A DNA stretch of 64,000 bases from an uncultured Gammaproteobacteria bacterium. Lineage in GTDB: Bacteria > Patescibacteriota > Patescibacteriia > GWA2-47-26. Each line of letters opens with the position of its first letter. Within the stretch, counting starts at the first letter, position 1. A program made the translations under genes and the position numbers. The notes beneath the pieces were generated by a model that worked only from the letters and a program-made list of their open reading frames with translations, was not told where the DNA came from and made no database searches. Shown here one piece after another: positions 39,204 through 50,250 of the stretch. Location: NCBI GenBank assembly GCA_964532925.1, contig CAZHIP010000001.1, positions 11,227 through 75,226 on the forward strand. Reading direction: 5' to 3'.

Positions 39204-40196
39204 ATGAAAGACATTAATGTAAACACTTTTATGCGTGCATTTTCTGGTATTCAGCCATCGGGGGATCTTCATTTGGGCAACTATTTTGGTGCGATCAAGC
39301 AATGGGTTGATCAGCAAAACGAGTTTGAGGCACTCTATTGTATTGTCGATCTTCATGCGATTACTGTTCCACAAAAGCCAGAGGAGTTGCGGCATCGTAT
39401 CCGCGAGGTTGCGGCGACGTATTTGGCGGCCGGCATTGACCCAAAGAAGAACATTATTTTCATCCAGTCACATGTACCTGAGCACGCGGAACTCGGGTGG
39501 TTATTGAACACTGTTATTCGCATGTCAGAGCTCGAGCGTATGACGCAATACAAGGACAAGGCGCTTACCAAGGGGGAGAATGTTTCAGTTGGGTTGTTTG
39601 ATTACCCCGTACTCATGGCGGCGGATATTTTGCTCTACGATACTGATGTAGTGCCGGTGGGGCATGATCAGCTCCAGCATGTTGAGCTCGCCTCTGACAT
39701 TGCCAAGCGTTTTAATAAGACCTACGGCCAGACGTTTAAGATTCCGAAGGGAATTATGCAGAAGGTTGGCGCACGCATCATGTCGCTCGATGACCCAGAA
39801 GCCAAGATGTCCAAATCGCAGAAAAACACGATTACCCTCATGGATGATGCGGCCACAATTCGGAAAAAGATTTCGCGTGCGGTGACTGACTCGCAGGGGA
39901 CTATCTCGTATGACAAAAAGCGTCCTGGTATTTCGAACCTCATCGATATTTACCATCATGCAAGCGGCATGGCAATTAGCGACATTGTAGAAAAGTACGA
40001 GGGTCAGGGTTATAAAGAATTTAAGTCCGACTTAGGGGATTGCTTGGTAGAAATGCTCGAGCCTTTGCAAGAAAAAGTTCGTGAATATATGGCAGGCGAC
40101 GAACTCGATCGCATTCTTGCTGATGGTGCCAAACGGGCCACTGAGCTTGCCGAAGCAAAACTGAAAATCGCGAAAGAGAAAATGGGTTTGATGTAA
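39204..40196 (+). CDS. trpS: tryptophanyl-tRNA synthetase
   Basis: FSGIQPSGDLHLGNYFGA (HIGH region) and KMSKS; an alternative start lies at 39231. Confidence 0.9.
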   Translation: MKDINVNTFMRAFSGIQPSGDLHLGNYFGAIKQWVDQQNEFEALYCIVDLHAITVPQKPEELRHRIREVAATYLAAGIDPKKNIIFIQSHVPEHAELGWLLNTVIRMSELERMTQYKDKALTKGENVSVGLFDYPVLMAADILLYDTDVVPVGHDQLQHVELASDIAKRFNKTYGQTFKIPKGIMQKVGARIMSLDDPEAKMSKSQKNTITLMDDAATIRKKISRAVTDSQGTISYDKKRPGISNLIDIYHHASGMAISDIVEKYEGQGYKEFKSDLGDCLVEMLEPLQEKVREYMAGDELDRILADGAKRATELAEAKLKIAKEKMGLM

Positions 40197-40207
40197 ATAT
40201 CTCAATC

Positions 40208-40789
40208 ATGCCGAAATCTTTAAAAAGTTCAAAAAGATTTAAGGCGTTATTCGTCATTGCTGGCTTTATTGTAGGGGTAGTTTTATTGAGAAGCATTTTT
40301 TATGTTCTTATTGATTATCCAGTAGCAAGGTTCATCGGCGTGTTACTGTTGTTTATATTTCTCATTTTACTTACGCCATTGATTTACATAGTGAAAAATT
40401 ATGTAAAATATTCAAAAAAGCCATCAATGGAACAGTCAAAACATGGAAAAAATCCATGGAAAGGTGTCTATATTTCTATTGGATTAGCTCTCGTTATTGG
40501 AGCTATCATTGTTTCCCTAAATGGATTCAGTGATGTCTGGCGGGCGATCCATAATCAATTTAATGTTATTACCGGTACGGTGACTTACTCTGAACGAGGG
40601 GGTCGTAGGGTTGGACGGATCATACAAACAGTAAGGATAAATGGAGATAATGGCTCTGAAGCTAGAGTTACTTATTATCTTTTCCCTCCTTTGCATGCAT
40701 GGGGAGAGCCCTTAAAAGGAAAGCGAGTTAGAGCAATTTACTTACCTCATACTCGGTATGGTGTTAGTTTTGAGATTTTGAATAACTAA
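40208..40789 (+). CDS. hypothetical multi-TM membrane protein in an AT-rich stretch
   Basis: Three predicted TM helices; no recognisable domain; local GC is clearly below that of the flanks. Confidence 0.4.
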   Translation: MPKSLKSSKRFKALFVIAGFIVGVVLLRSIFYVLIDYPVARFIGVLLLFIFLILLTPLIYIVKNYVKYSKKPSMEQSKHGKNPWKGVYISIGLALVIGAIIVSLNGFSDVWRAIHNQFNVITGTVTYSERGGRRVGRIIQTVRINGDNGSEARVTYYLFPPLHAWGEPLKGKRVRAIYLPHTRYGVSFEILNN

Positions 40790-40811
40790 AGCATTTACGG
40801 GAGATAGACCC

Positions 40812-40840
40812 TTTACAAAAAGCCTTTTTTCTGCTAGTAT
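40812..40840 (+). promoter_or_regulatory. promoter of rnpB
   Basis: TTTACA, 17-nt spacer, TAGTAT, ending 8 nt before the predicted RNase P RNA 5' end. Confidence 0.5.
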
Positions 40841-40848
40841 ATTGTTGT

Positions 40849-41250
40849 CCAGATGACCGGGCGACCGCTGTAGAGCAATCTATAGAGGAAAGTCCGAACA
40901 CCAATTTTGGCGCAAGCCAGAGGAAAACGGTACCATCTAACGGATGGGCAGTCTGACATGGATAACTCTCACGAGGAAACCGTGCTGACGGATTAGTACC
41001 ACAGAGACAATACTAGCTCGAGCGCAAGCTTGGGTGAACGGTGAAAAGTGAGGCGGTGTTACGTTGCGACTCTAAAGGTTTATGCGTGTTGCTACGCCTC
41101 TCGCTCTGCAGTAATGCAGAAACGTGGAAAACCCTACCTGGTGCAAGTCTTTATGACGCATGAGGCTGTACGCGAGTGCAGTCCCAGAGAGATGGTCGTC
41201 CATTTGCTTCGGCAGAGGACAGAATTCGGCTTACAGGTCACCTGGACACC
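40849..41250 (+). ncRNA. rnpB: RNase P RNA (bacterial type A)
   Basis: Conserved P4 strands AGGAAAGTCCG (5') and ACAGAATTCGGCTTA (3'); a GGTACC..TAACGG..GGG region in the P8/P9 position; P1 pairing CCAGATGACC/GGTCACCTGG; followed by a terminator. Confidence 0.8.
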
Positions 41251-41288
41251 AAAAAATCCTATCCGCGCGGTAGGATTTTTTGTTTTTT
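41251..41288 (+). terminator. Rho-independent terminator after rnpB
   Basis: aaaaaatcctatccgcgcggtaggatttttt followed by gtttttt. Confidence 0.65.
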
Positions 41289-41334
41289 AATATTGCGACA
41301 CCGGTAGTTTTACGGTAGAGTAGATGTAACAAAT

Positions 41335-42717
41335 ATGAAACGCATCGAACTGTTTTTTATGATGTTGCGGGTGCCGGTTGACTATGCGTCAATCCTATTG
41401 GCGGGGATCGCGGCTTATTTTTTGCGATTCCAAACACTCGCGGGGATTCGTCCGGTTATCTTTAATTTGCCTTTTACAGAATTTTTACACCTGATCACAG
41501 CGGTAGGCCTTGGATGGGTTGTGTTGTTTGCTTTCTCGGGGCTGTATAGTCCACAGAGTGGTCGGGGGTTAGGTAGTGAGCTTCGAAAGATTATCTTGGC
41601 CTCATCAACGGGAGCCGCGATCATGCTTGCGGTGCTCTTTTTCTCGCGTGAATTGTTTTCATCACGCTTTATCTTCTTGGTAGCGTGGGCATTTGCGATT
41701 ATATTCCCCATGATTGGGCGGATGTGGATTCGTTTTATAGAATCCTCGATGTATCGAGCCGGTGTTGTCCGCAAACGAGTGGTCATTATTGGTGACACGA
41801 GCGCTGCCACCGCACTTGCGGCAGATTTTCGTACTCATCGAGGTCGCGGCATTGTTGTGTTGTTGACGCTCGACAATTGGAATGCTGAATCGCGGGCAAA
41901 AGTAGAAAAACTCAAACAGCTTGATGATATTTATTGCATGGTGAACTTGTCGAAGCGTGAATCAGAGAGCTTGCTAACCTTTGCAACTGAACACCAGATT
42001 ACTATCATCTATTCAGCAGATCTTTTTTCTACGCAGTCGGCAAACTTGGCATTTTTTACCGCTGCGGGAGTTCCCCTTATTGCTGCACGTCGCACTAAAC
42101 TGGATGGTTGGGGGAGTGTCTACAAACGCTTGTTCGATATCGTCGCTTCGTTCATGTTGATTATTGTTGCGTCTCCCATCATGTTGCTCGTTGCGATTAT
42201 AATAAAACTTGATTCACGTGGTCCGGTATTTTTCCGACATCCACGTGTCGGTAGAGACGGTGTATTGTTTGGCTATCTCAAGTTTCGTTCCATGAAACCA
42301 AACATGCACGAGATGCGGTACAAAGAGTTGGCACATTTGGATATTCGTAAAGGGCCACTCGTGAAGTTTCGCGATCAAGATGATCCGCGCATTACCCGTG
42401 TTGGTCGTGTGCTCCGGAAGACCTCGCTCGATGAACTGCCAGAACTATTTTTGGTACTTTTTGGGTACATGTCATTGGTTGGTCCACGGCCACACCATCA
42501 CGAAGAAGTTGCGATGTATGAACCCAATCAAAAACGGGTGCTCCAGATCAAACCAGGCATGACCGGATTGCCACAAGTCTCGGGCCGAGCCAATCTTTCC
42601 TTTGACGAGGAAGTACAACTCGATAGCTACTACATTGAACATTGGTCCCCATGGCTGGATTTGAGTATTTTGCTCCGCACTATTGGGGTTGTGTTCAAAA
42701 AGACTGGTGCGTATTAA
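41335..42717 (+). CDS. polyprenyl-phosphate sugar phosphotransferase (WbaP/bacterial sugar transferase family)
   Basis: Multi-TM N-terminus and the C-terminal domain KRLFDIVASFMLIIVASPIMLLVAIIIKLDSRGPVFFRHPRVG...MSLVGPRP. Confidence 0.8.
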   Translation: MKRIELFFMMLRVPVDYASILLAGIAAYFLRFQTLAGIRPVIFNLPFTEFLHLITAVGLGWVVLFAFSGLYSPQSGRGLGSELRKIILASSTGAAIMLAVLFFSRELFSSRFIFLVAWAFAIIFPMIGRMWIRFIESSMYRAGVVRKRVVIIGDTSAATALAADFRTHRGRGIVVLLTLDNWNAESRAKVEKLKQLDDIYCMVNLSKRESESLLTFATEHQITIIYSADLFSTQSANLAFFTAAGVPLIAARRTKLDGWGSVYKRLFDIVASFMLIIVASPIMLLVAIIIKLDSRGPVFFRHPRVGRDGVLFGYLKFRSMKPNMHEMRYKELAHLDIRKGPLVKFRDQDDPRITRVGRVLRKTSLDELPELFLVLFGYMSLVGPRPHHHEEVAMYEPNQKRVLQIKPGMTGLPQVSGRANLSFDEEVQLDSYYIEHWSPWLDLSILLRTIGVVFKKTGAY

Positions 42718-42778
42718 GACGCAGGGAAGTGTTTACGGCAGAGGCAAAACGTGGTAAACATACACCACGTTTTTTTGT

Positions 42779-43903
42779 ATGAAAATCGCCCTGGTTCATG
42801 ACTATTTAACCCAAGATGGCGGTGCCGAACGGGTATTGAAGGTCTTTCAAGAGATCTGGCCCGAGGCGCCTATTTTTGTGCTTTTCCACGACAAGTCTCG
42901 CGCACCAAGCGTGTTTAGTGGTCGCAACATTCATACATCCTTTTTACAAAAAGTTCCGGGGGCTATTCGTAAGTACCAGTGGTTTTTGCCGTTTATGCCT
43001 GCCGCCACAGAACATCATAATTTGAGTGAATTCGATGTGGTACTTTCATCGTCGTCTGCCTTTGCCAAAGGAGTGATCACACGCCCCAATACACTGCATA
43101 TTTGCTACTGCCATACGCCGACGCGGTACTTGTGGTCAGATACGCATGAATACGTCGCCGGTTTGCCATACAATCGACTCGTAAAGTGGTTTGTGCCGTT
43201 TCTTCTTACACAGCTTCGTTTGTGGGATCGGTTAACGAGCGAGCGCGTGGATCATTTTATTGCAAATTCAAAAACAGTGGCACATCGTATCCGCAAATAT
43301 TACGGTCGTGAATCTCTGGTTATGTATCCACCGGTCGAGGCGCGCTCGTTCCAGATATCTGATACTATCGGCGATTATTATTTGGCTGGTGGGCGCTTGG
43401 TTCCGTACAAGCGGTTCGATTTGGTAGTGCAGGCATTTAATAAGTTGGGATATCCGCTTAAGATTTTTGGACAAGGCCCAGAAGAAGCAAGGTTGCGTGC
43501 CATGGCTAAGCCGAATATCCAATTTGTGGGCAAAGTGAACGACCAGGATCGGGGAGAGCTGTACCGATATGCGGCCGCGTTTATCCATCCGCAAGTCGAA
43601 GATTTTGGTATTACTGCGCTTGAATCTATGGCATCGGGGCGGCCCGTTGTTGCGTATCGAGCTGGTGGTGCCACTGAAACGGTGATAGATAAGGTAACAG
43701 GTACATTTTTTGACGATCAGTCGTGGCAGGCGCTTGCACATACCTTGGTAAACTTTGACCACAAAGCCTTTGATCCCGAGCAGATCCGTAAGCATGCCAT
43801 GCAGTTTGACGAGGAGCATTTCAAAAAGCAGATCAAGCAGTTTGTCGAAACAGAATATGCTAAGTTTGCGTTTGAGCACGACGCGCGAAACCGGTTGTTG
43901 TAA
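42779..43903 (+). CDS. GT4-family glycosyltransferase
   Basis: MKIALVHDYLTQDGGAERV N-terminus with a C-terminal E-x7-E-type GT-B core. Confidence 0.75.
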   Translation: MKIALVHDYLTQDGGAERVLKVFQEIWPEAPIFVLFHDKSRAPSVFSGRNIHTSFLQKVPGAIRKYQWFLPFMPAATEHHNLSEFDVVLSSSSAFAKGVITRPNTLHICYCHTPTRYLWSDTHEYVAGLPYNRLVKWFVPFLLTQLRLWDRLTSERVDHFIANSKTVAHRIRKYYGRESLVMYPPVEARSFQISDTIGDYYLAGGRLVPYKRFDLVVQAFNKLGYPLKIFGQGPEEARLRAMAKPNIQFVGKVNDQDRGELYRYAAAFIHPQVEDFGITALESMASGRPVVAYRAGGATETVIDKVTGTFFDDQSWQALAHTLVNFDHKAFDPEQIRKHAMQFDEEHFKKQIKQFVETEYAKFAFEHDARNRLL

Positions 43904-43909
43904 TCTCGT

Positions 43910-45046
43910 ATGCGCATTGTTATCGATGGTCGTCCGCTCATGTGGCACTTGGGGGGTGGTGTACCTGTTTTTACCAAAGAAATTATACATGCACTTGCGA
44001 GGCAAGGTGATCATGAGCTCATGCTTTGGCAAAATGCTTGGAGCAAGCTTTCTTTCGGACCTTTGCCAGTCTCGGTAACAATGAAGCAGACGCATATACC
44101 AAACAAAATACTGAATCCGCTGTTGCGCATTGCTCAGTGGCCAAAGATAGATGCGCTGACGGACGAAGCAGATGTCTTTTTTCTTCCAAACTTGAACTTT
44201 ATTTCTAAGCCAAAACACGGCAAAGTCGTTGTGACCGTGCACGATCTTTCCTTTATTCGCGCACCGCATTTTTTTAACCTGAAGCAACGGCTGTGGCACA
44301 AGGCACTGAACGTCGGGAAGCTTTTTGAAACCGTTGATCATATTGTCGCGGTATCACAACACACGAAGGATGATCTCCTGGAGCTTTTTCCTAAGATTCA
44401 TACCGACAAGGTCAGCGTGATCGGTATTGGTATTGATGTGCCAACAGTGTCTGGTGGTGAAATTACGAAGGCACAAGAAACATATATTCTTACAAAACCC
44501 TACATCTTGCATGTCGGGACACTCGAGCCGCGCAAAAACATCGTGAATCTCATGCGCGCATTTGAGACTGTGGCTAATTCGTACGAATTAGACCACTATG
44601 ATTTAGTCTTGGTTGGTGCCAAAGGCTGGGGATGGAAGGATGTCGAGCGTGAACACCAAAAGAGTTCAGTGAAAAATCGCATTAAAATTCTCGGCAGTAT
44701 TCCGGATGCAGATAAGCACGCACTCATGGCTGGCGCAAAACTGTTCGTCTATCCGTCGTGGTACGAGGGTTTTGGCATCCCGCCACTCGAAGCCGCTGCC
44801 CACGGCGTGCCAGTGATTGCCAGTTCAGTGACTGCAATGCCAGAAACATTGGGAGATAGCGCACTGCTTGTTAACCCGTGGGACGTTGCAGGGCTTGGTC
44901 AGGCAATGGTTGCGATGATGAGCGATGATGTATTGCGCGCTCGATATGCTGCGAAAGGCAAAGAACGCGCCGCGCATTATCGCTGGGAAGATGTCGCACA
45001 TCGATTGGTAAAAGTATTTGAAAATAGGTACAGTACCTTCTTATGA
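43910..45046 (+). CDS. GT4-family glycosyltransferase
   Basis: GT-B fold with FVYPSWYEGFGIPPLEA (EX7E motif). Confidence 0.75.
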   Translation: MRIVIDGRPLMWHLGGGVPVFTKEIIHALARQGDHELMLWQNAWSKLSFGPLPVSVTMKQTHIPNKILNPLLRIAQWPKIDALTDEADVFFLPNLNFISKPKHGKVVVTVHDLSFIRAPHFFNLKQRLWHKALNVGKLFETVDHIVAVSQHTKDDLLELFPKIHTDKVSVIGIGIDVPTVSGGEITKAQETYILTKPYILHVGTLEPRKNIVNLMRAFETVANSYELDHYDLVLVGAKGWGWKDVEREHQKSSVKNRIKILGSIPDADKHALMAGAKLFVYPSWYEGFGIPPLEAAAHGVPVIASSVTAMPETLGDSALLVNPWDVAGLGQAMVAMMSDDVLRARYAAKGKERAAHYRWEDVAHRLVKVFENRYSTFL

Positions 45047-46203
45047 AAATCGCCATAGACGCCAGACTGTATGGTCTCAAGAACAGAGGTCTTGGGCGTT
45101 TTTTAATTGAGCATTTGAAGGGCCTGGAGTCAGTCGATGAACAAAACTCGTATTCAGTGTTTTTGAAAGAAGAAAATAAGGACGAGTATCAGCCTGCCAA
45201 AAAGAACTTTGTAAAAAAGATCTGGAATACGCCGTGGTATTCATTGAAAGAGCAGACTGATACCAAGGTCTTAAAAGAAGAGCAGGCCGACCTCTATTAC
45301 TTCCCGCACTGGAATGTGCCGATGCTCCTCGGGAAGCCGTATGTGGTGACGATCCATGACATGATTTTGTTTGATTTCCCTGATCGTCGCGCAAGTACGC
45401 AGAGTTGGTTGCGGTACAAACTGAAATACGTCGCCTTTCGCATGCTCATGGGAGCGGTACTTCGTCGTGCCAAGGCGGTCGTGGCTGTTTCCGGCTCAAC
45501 ACGCGACGCGATTTTGAAGCATTTTCCGAACACGAAGCATATTCAGGTCATCTACGAAGGTGCTCCTGAGCTTGCTCCATCGGAAGTGGTTAACCTGGGG
45601 AAGCATGGAATTCAAAAACCATATATACTATATGTAGGTGCGGCGTATCCGCATAAGAATTTGCCGTTCCTCCTGCGTTCGTTCCAAGAAGCGCGAAAAA
45701 CGATTGATTGTCAGCTCGTACTCGTCGGCCGAAAAGACTTTTTTTATGAGCGATTGGCATCCGATGCTGCGCGCTCAGGAATTGATAAAGATGTAGTCTT
45801 TTTTGGCGGCGCAACCGATGGTGAACTTGCGTATCTCTACGAGCATGCACACATGGCAGTCAGTCCGTCGCTGGTTGAAGGGTTTGGGTTTGGTGGACTT
45901 GAGGCAATGACAAAGGGTATTCCTGTTGTTGCTTCTCGGATCTCATGTTTTCGAGAGATTTTCGGAGATGCTCCGCAGTACTTTGATCCAACAAATGAAC
46001 ATGATTGTGCGCGTGCACTTATTTTGGTTTCTCGAGACGAGTCCGCGCGTACCAGCATGATTCAGGTAGGAAACACTATCCCGGTGCGATATAATTGGAA
46101 GAAGAGTGCAGAAGAATATACACATCTTTTTGAACGTTTGGTAAATAACAAGAGCGATGGAGGGTCAACACCACAACAAACGAGCGGTTCGCATCACGCG
46201 TAA
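45043..46203 (+). CDS. GT4-family glycosyltransferase
   Basis: MKIAIDARLYGLKNRGLGRF N-terminus; AVSPSLVEGFGFGGLEAM (EX7E); overlaps the previous gene by 4 nt. Confidence 0.75.
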   Translation: MKIAIDARLYGLKNRGLGRFLIEHLKGLESVDEQNSYSVFLKEENKDEYQPAKKNFVKKIWNTPWYSLKEQTDTKVLKEEQADLYYFPHWNVPMLLGKPYVVTIHDMILFDFPDRRASTQSWLRYKLKYVAFRMLMGAVLRRAKAVVAVSGSTRDAILKHFPNTKHIQVIYEGAPELAPSEVVNLGKHGIQKPYILYVGAAYPHKNLPFLLRSFQEARKTIDCQLVLVGRKDFFYERLASDAARSGIDKDVVFFGGATDGELAYLYEHAHMAVSPSLVEGFGFGGLEAMTKGIPVVASRISCFREIFGDAPQYFDPTNEHDCARALILVSRDESARTSMIQVGNTIPVRYNWKKSAEEYTHLFERLVNNKSDGGSTPQQTSGSHHA

Positions 46204-46282
46204 GGGAGTACAACCCTCACCGCACGTTATTCATTTGGGTAGATCAAAAGAGCGTGTTCGTGTGCAAAAGATAGAGAAACCA

Positions 46283-48400
46283 ATGGCACCACCGCGGTCG
46301 CTGGCCATCGAATTTGCCATTGATTCATTCCGCAATGAAATGGCGGATCGCGCTCGCAATGCGTTTCAGCAATTCAATCGCACGGCAAGTCGTGTTCGTT
46401 CTTTTGGTTCCCGTTCGTTGCGCAAAAAAAGAGAATTACTTTCGACCACAGAAGCATTGGTAGATGCTATGGTTCCAGTGCTTGAGCATGTAAAAGAGGT
46501 GGCAGAAGAGAAATTGTCCTTGCGAAAACGTGTTGCGACCTGGCTTGCGAGTCGGGTGACCACCGCGCATATTTATGTACCACCACGCTCACTTTCGATT
46601 GCCTTTTTCGTGGCAATGCTTGTATTGCTTACCTTGCCATTTGGAGTGATTCACGTATATCGCGATGTAAAGGTGCGCCAAGCTGAATTTAGGGAGAGAA
46701 AGATTGTTATGGTTGCGCTTTCCGACCAGGTAAGTACCTCATTGCGTACCGGTGACCTGGAGGGAGCGTTGCGTGCGCTGCATGCGCTCGAAGAGTCGGT
46801 GCAGGCAGCAGCAGATGCGATTGATGCAAGCGGTGTATTCAAATATGCGCCACCATTGCACCAAACACAGAACGCGTTGAAATCCGCTGTTGCGGCGCTT
46901 GGTCAAGGAAGAGTTGCTTTGGCAGGCGTACAGCGTTTTCCGTGGAATAAAGATGTGTTTATTGCAATAACCAAAACTCTTGATGCTGCAGAGAGGACTG
47001 CGTGGTACGTGGATCGCACTCGCATGGGCATTGATACAGGCCCAGCAAAGAGCTATATTCGTCTCGCAAAAGATAACCTCATGCTTGCGCAAGCATTTTT
47101 GGGGCAGCAAGACAGTCGGTATCTTGTCGTATTTCAGAACGAGAATGAGATTCGGCCGACCGGTGGTTTTATGGGCAGTTTTGCCGTGCTGACTCTCAAA
47201 GACGGTGTGTGGTCAATCGAAATGCCGTCGCAAGGATCATATGCACTTCAGGGGTGGCTCACTACTGCAGTCCGTGCGCCGCGACCATTATCACTCATCA
47301 ATCCGCGGTTTGAGTTTCAAGATGTAAATTGGTTTCCAGATTTCCCTACAACAGCAAAAAAGATTATGTCGTTTTACGAAGATGGGGGAGGGTCGAGTGT
47401 CGATGGGGTCATTGCGGTCAACAGTTCATTTTTAAATGATGTGTTGGCGTTGGCGGGGCCGCTCGATGTGAAAGAGATTAGCCCTGTAGCACTCAAGAAC
47501 GGTACCGTGGTTGAGGCGCTCGAAAAAGCCATTGCACGAGATCGTGCTACCACTGCGCCAAAAGCAGTAATGGGAGGTCTTCTTGATGCGCTTGCCACGC
47601 GATTTCAGTCAGGTGCGGTTGCGCCAATTGCTGCTGCTCGTCTTGCTGCCATTGGTCTTAGTGAAAAAAAGATCCAGCTATATTTCCGTGATGATTCCAA
47701 TCAGTCGGCTGCAGCACGATTGGGTTTTGATGGAGGTATTCCTCGTAGCGGAGATAAGGATTTTTTCATGCTTGTTTCGGCAAATGTTGCTGGAGGTAAG
47801 ACAGATGGTTCCATTCACGATGTCGTGGGCTATAAAGTATCGGTGAACGAGAATGGAGAAATGGTGGCTCATGTGACCTTGACGCGTACCCACGAAGGTT
47901 TGCGTGGAGATGCGTTGCGAGGCGGCAGAAATGTGAGCTATGTTCGGCTGTATGCCCCCTTAGGCAGTGAGTTTTTAGGGGCCAGTGGTTTCAGCAAAGC
48001 TCCTTCATGGCGATTTGAAAACCCTGAATCAACGCTCATTCCCGACGAAGATGTTCGTGCGTCAGAACTTACCGAAAAGATAGACACCAATAGTGGTACA
48101 ATTATTGCAACAGAATCGGGGAAGCAAGTCTTTGGAAACTGGTTCATACTCGACCCTGGAGAAGTAAAAACCGTACAACTTAGGTATCTGTTGCCAAGCC
48201 GTATTACCAAAGACATGCAGAATAAGTATGCGCTTATGGTTGCCAAGCAATCAGGCCGTACCACGGACTTTCATTTTACGATGAATGCACCAGGGTTTAC
48301 TATTGTCGCTCTAGACTCCCAGGAAACAAGTCGTGAGGGATATGCAATGAAACGCGCATTGACGACCGATAGTATTACTCGATTGGTGCTTACACCATAA
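46283..48400 (+). CDS. DUF4012-like membrane-anchored envelope protein
   Basis: Single TM helix then a large extracytoplasmic domain containing VFQNENEIRPTGGFMGSFAV, which I recall as DUF4012-like. Start set at the ATG at 46283, after the upstream stop. Confidence 0.45.
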   Translation: MAPPRSLAIEFAIDSFRNEMADRARNAFQQFNRTASRVRSFGSRSLRKKRELLSTTEALVDAMVPVLEHVKEVAEEKLSLRKRVATWLASRVTTAHIYVPPRSLSIAFFVAMLVLLTLPFGVIHVYRDVKVRQAEFRERKIVMVALSDQVSTSLRTGDLEGALRALHALEESVQAAADAIDASGVFKYAPPLHQTQNALKSAVAALGQGRVALAGVQRFPWNKDVFIAITKTLDAAERTAWYVDRTRMGIDTGPAKSYIRLAKDNLMLAQAFLGQQDSRYLVVFQNENEIRPTGGFMGSFAVLTLKDGVWSIEMPSQGSYALQGWLTTAVRAPRPLSLINPRFEFQDVNWFPDFPTTAKKIMSFYEDGGGSSVDGVIAVNSSFLNDVLALAGPLDVKEISPVALKNGTVVEALEKAIARDRATTAPKAVMGGLLDALATRFQSGAVAPIAAARLAAIGLSEKKIQLYFRDDSNQSAAARLGFDGGIPRSGDKDFFMLVSANVAGGKTDGSIHDVVGYKVSVNENGEMVAHVTLTRTHEGLRGDALRGGRNVSYVRLYAPLGSEFLGASGFSKAPSWRFENPESTLIPDEDVRASELTEKIDTNSGTIIATESGKQVFGNWFILDPGEVKTVQLRYLLPSRITKDMQNKYALMVAKQSGRTTDFHFTMNAPGFTIVALDSQETSREGYAMKRALTTDSITRLVLTP

Positions 48401-48410
48401 GTACGAAGAC

Positions 48411-50189
48411 ATGACCGACCAAAAACCACCCAATACAACATTGCGTTCAATTTACGAAGAAGATGGTACGCTCCCAGATATGAGCAAGCTTGATCCAAAA
48501 GGGGACCCGCGTTGGGCAAAATCATTTGGGTATTTTGTGGGTATTTTAGTGTTAGGTACTGCGGTAGCCTGGCTTGGTTTTCGTTTGTTTATACCCTCAA
48601 ACCCTGGAGATGTTGTCTTGGTCAAAATTGATGCACCTGAACATGTAACTGCAGGAGCAAAAATGAAGATCGTGCTTCATTATGAAAACAATGATCGTAG
48701 TCCGCTCGCCCTCGCGGTACTGAAGGCTCGTCTTCCCAAAGAATTTGTTCCTGAAAGTGCTTTGCCACGTTCCGACGATGACACTCTGACCAGCTGGACA
48801 CTCGGTACACTGGATCGTGGGGCCAAAGGGGATATCGAAATCCAAGGCCGTGCATTGGGTGCCATTGGAACGAACGCTCAAATCCAAAGTACTCTCACCT
48901 ATAAGCCAGCATCGTTCAACGCAGAGTTTACGTCACTCGCAAATCGTAGTTTTGTGATCGATACTGCGCCGATCGAGATCACGTTTGATGGTCCGAGTGA
49001 GGCGAGTGCTGGGCAATCAGTGGTGTTTACCGTGCGCTACAAAAATACGAGTGATGCGGCCCTTGCAAATACGCAGATTGTCTTTATCCCCGGCGCATCA
49101 TTTTCTGTAACAAAAACCAGCAAAAAACCGTTACATGATACGACATGGGCATTGCCAGCACTCGAACCAGGTGCGGTTGGTGAAATGAGTATTACTGGTG
49201 CGGTGACATCATCTGCCGAGGTAGCCACAGTGTTGCCGTTTCAAGTTATTACGCAAGTGAAACGAGAAGATATTGTGTTGGCAAAAGCTGCATACGAACT
49301 TACAGTAACTCAAGGGGATCTCGCGCTATCTATCGAACGCGACGACACAGATCCTGTGCGCATGGGCGATACTATTTCTGGTCGCATTATCGTAGCAAAT
49401 AACTCAAGTGTGCCCATCGGCGATATCAATATTCAGCTTACAAGCCCAAACTCAATTGATTGGGGTATGGCAACATCTGCGGTGAAAATATCTTCAAGCA
49501 AAGGTGGTGTGGCCTGGAGTGGGTCGGGTGTTGAAAAGTTAAAGCTTTTGCCTGCTACTGAACGTTTTTCTATTCCATTTACCATAAAAGCACCCGCAAC
49601 CACGGACCTTTCCGAAGTGGTTTTTTCTGCAAGCGCTAAGGCGTTGAAGCGCAACAATACAGCGGCAATACTCATTGCAAAGAGCGCTGATTTTTCTATT
49701 GCGATAAGTTCACATATTTCAGCCGACGGTGTTGCAATGTATTATGATATGTCGGGCTTACCCGTGGGTGCTGGACCATTACCACCCCGAGTAGGCGAAG
49801 AAACAAAATATCGCGTTCAATGGAAAATTAAAAATGGATCACGTGATTTGGCGGACGTAACCCTTTCTGCTCTTCTGGGGGAAAATGTCGTGTTTGGTAC
49901 AAAGCAGGGGGTGGGGGCAGGTGCAATTATATTTGATGCCGATACTCGTACGGTGCGTTGGGCAATGAGTCGTCTACCCTCGAATGTCTCGGAAGTCATA
50001 GCTCAATTTGATGTAGTGCTAACTCCGGTGACGAATGACCAAGGTAAGACGGTTGAGCTTTTGGCTAAAGGAGTACTAACAGCAACCGATCCACTTATTA
50101 CTGATCCGGTCAACATAGAGATTCCTCATCTGACAACTGATCTTGTGCGTGACCAAAAAGCAGTTGGGCGAGGTGTTGTCTTACCTTAA
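48411..50189 (+). CDS. membrane-anchored surface protein with repeated DUF11-like beta-sandwich domains
   Basis: N-terminal TM anchor then at least four repeat units, each with a T/S-rich beta pattern (e.g. ...TVRYKNTSDAALANTQIVF...). Confidence 0.5.
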   Translation: MTDQKPPNTTLRSIYEEDGTLPDMSKLDPKGDPRWAKSFGYFVGILVLGTAVAWLGFRLFIPSNPGDVVLVKIDAPEHVTAGAKMKIVLHYENNDRSPLALAVLKARLPKEFVPESALPRSDDDTLTSWTLGTLDRGAKGDIEIQGRALGAIGTNAQIQSTLTYKPASFNAEFTSLANRSFVIDTAPIEITFDGPSEASAGQSVVFTVRYKNTSDAALANTQIVFIPGASFSVTKTSKKPLHDTTWALPALEPGAVGEMSITGAVTSSAEVATVLPFQVITQVKREDIVLAKAAYELTVTQGDLALSIERDDTDPVRMGDTISGRIIVANNSSVPIGDINIQLTSPNSIDWGMATSAVKISSSKGGVAWSGSGVEKLKLLPATERFSIPFTIKAPATTDLSEVVFSASAKALKRNNTAAILIAKSADFSIAISSHISADGVAMYYDMSGLPVGAGPLPPRVGEETKYRVQWKIKNGSRDLADVTLSALLGENVVFGTKQGVGAGAIIFDADTRTVRWAMSRLPSNVSEVIAQFDVVLTPVTNDQGKTVELLAKGVLTATDPLITDPVNIEIPHLTTDLVRDQKAVGRGVVLP

Positions 50190-50250
50190 CTATCTATATA
50201 ATGTTTTTGCTGTTTCAGCAGGAGCGTCTGCTGAAACTTCCTATATCCAT

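Noticed and set aside
41048-41290. 80-aa ORF inside the rnpB region
   Set aside because: It falls entirely within the RNase P RNA (conserved P4 strands and terminator), so it is a spurious ORF.
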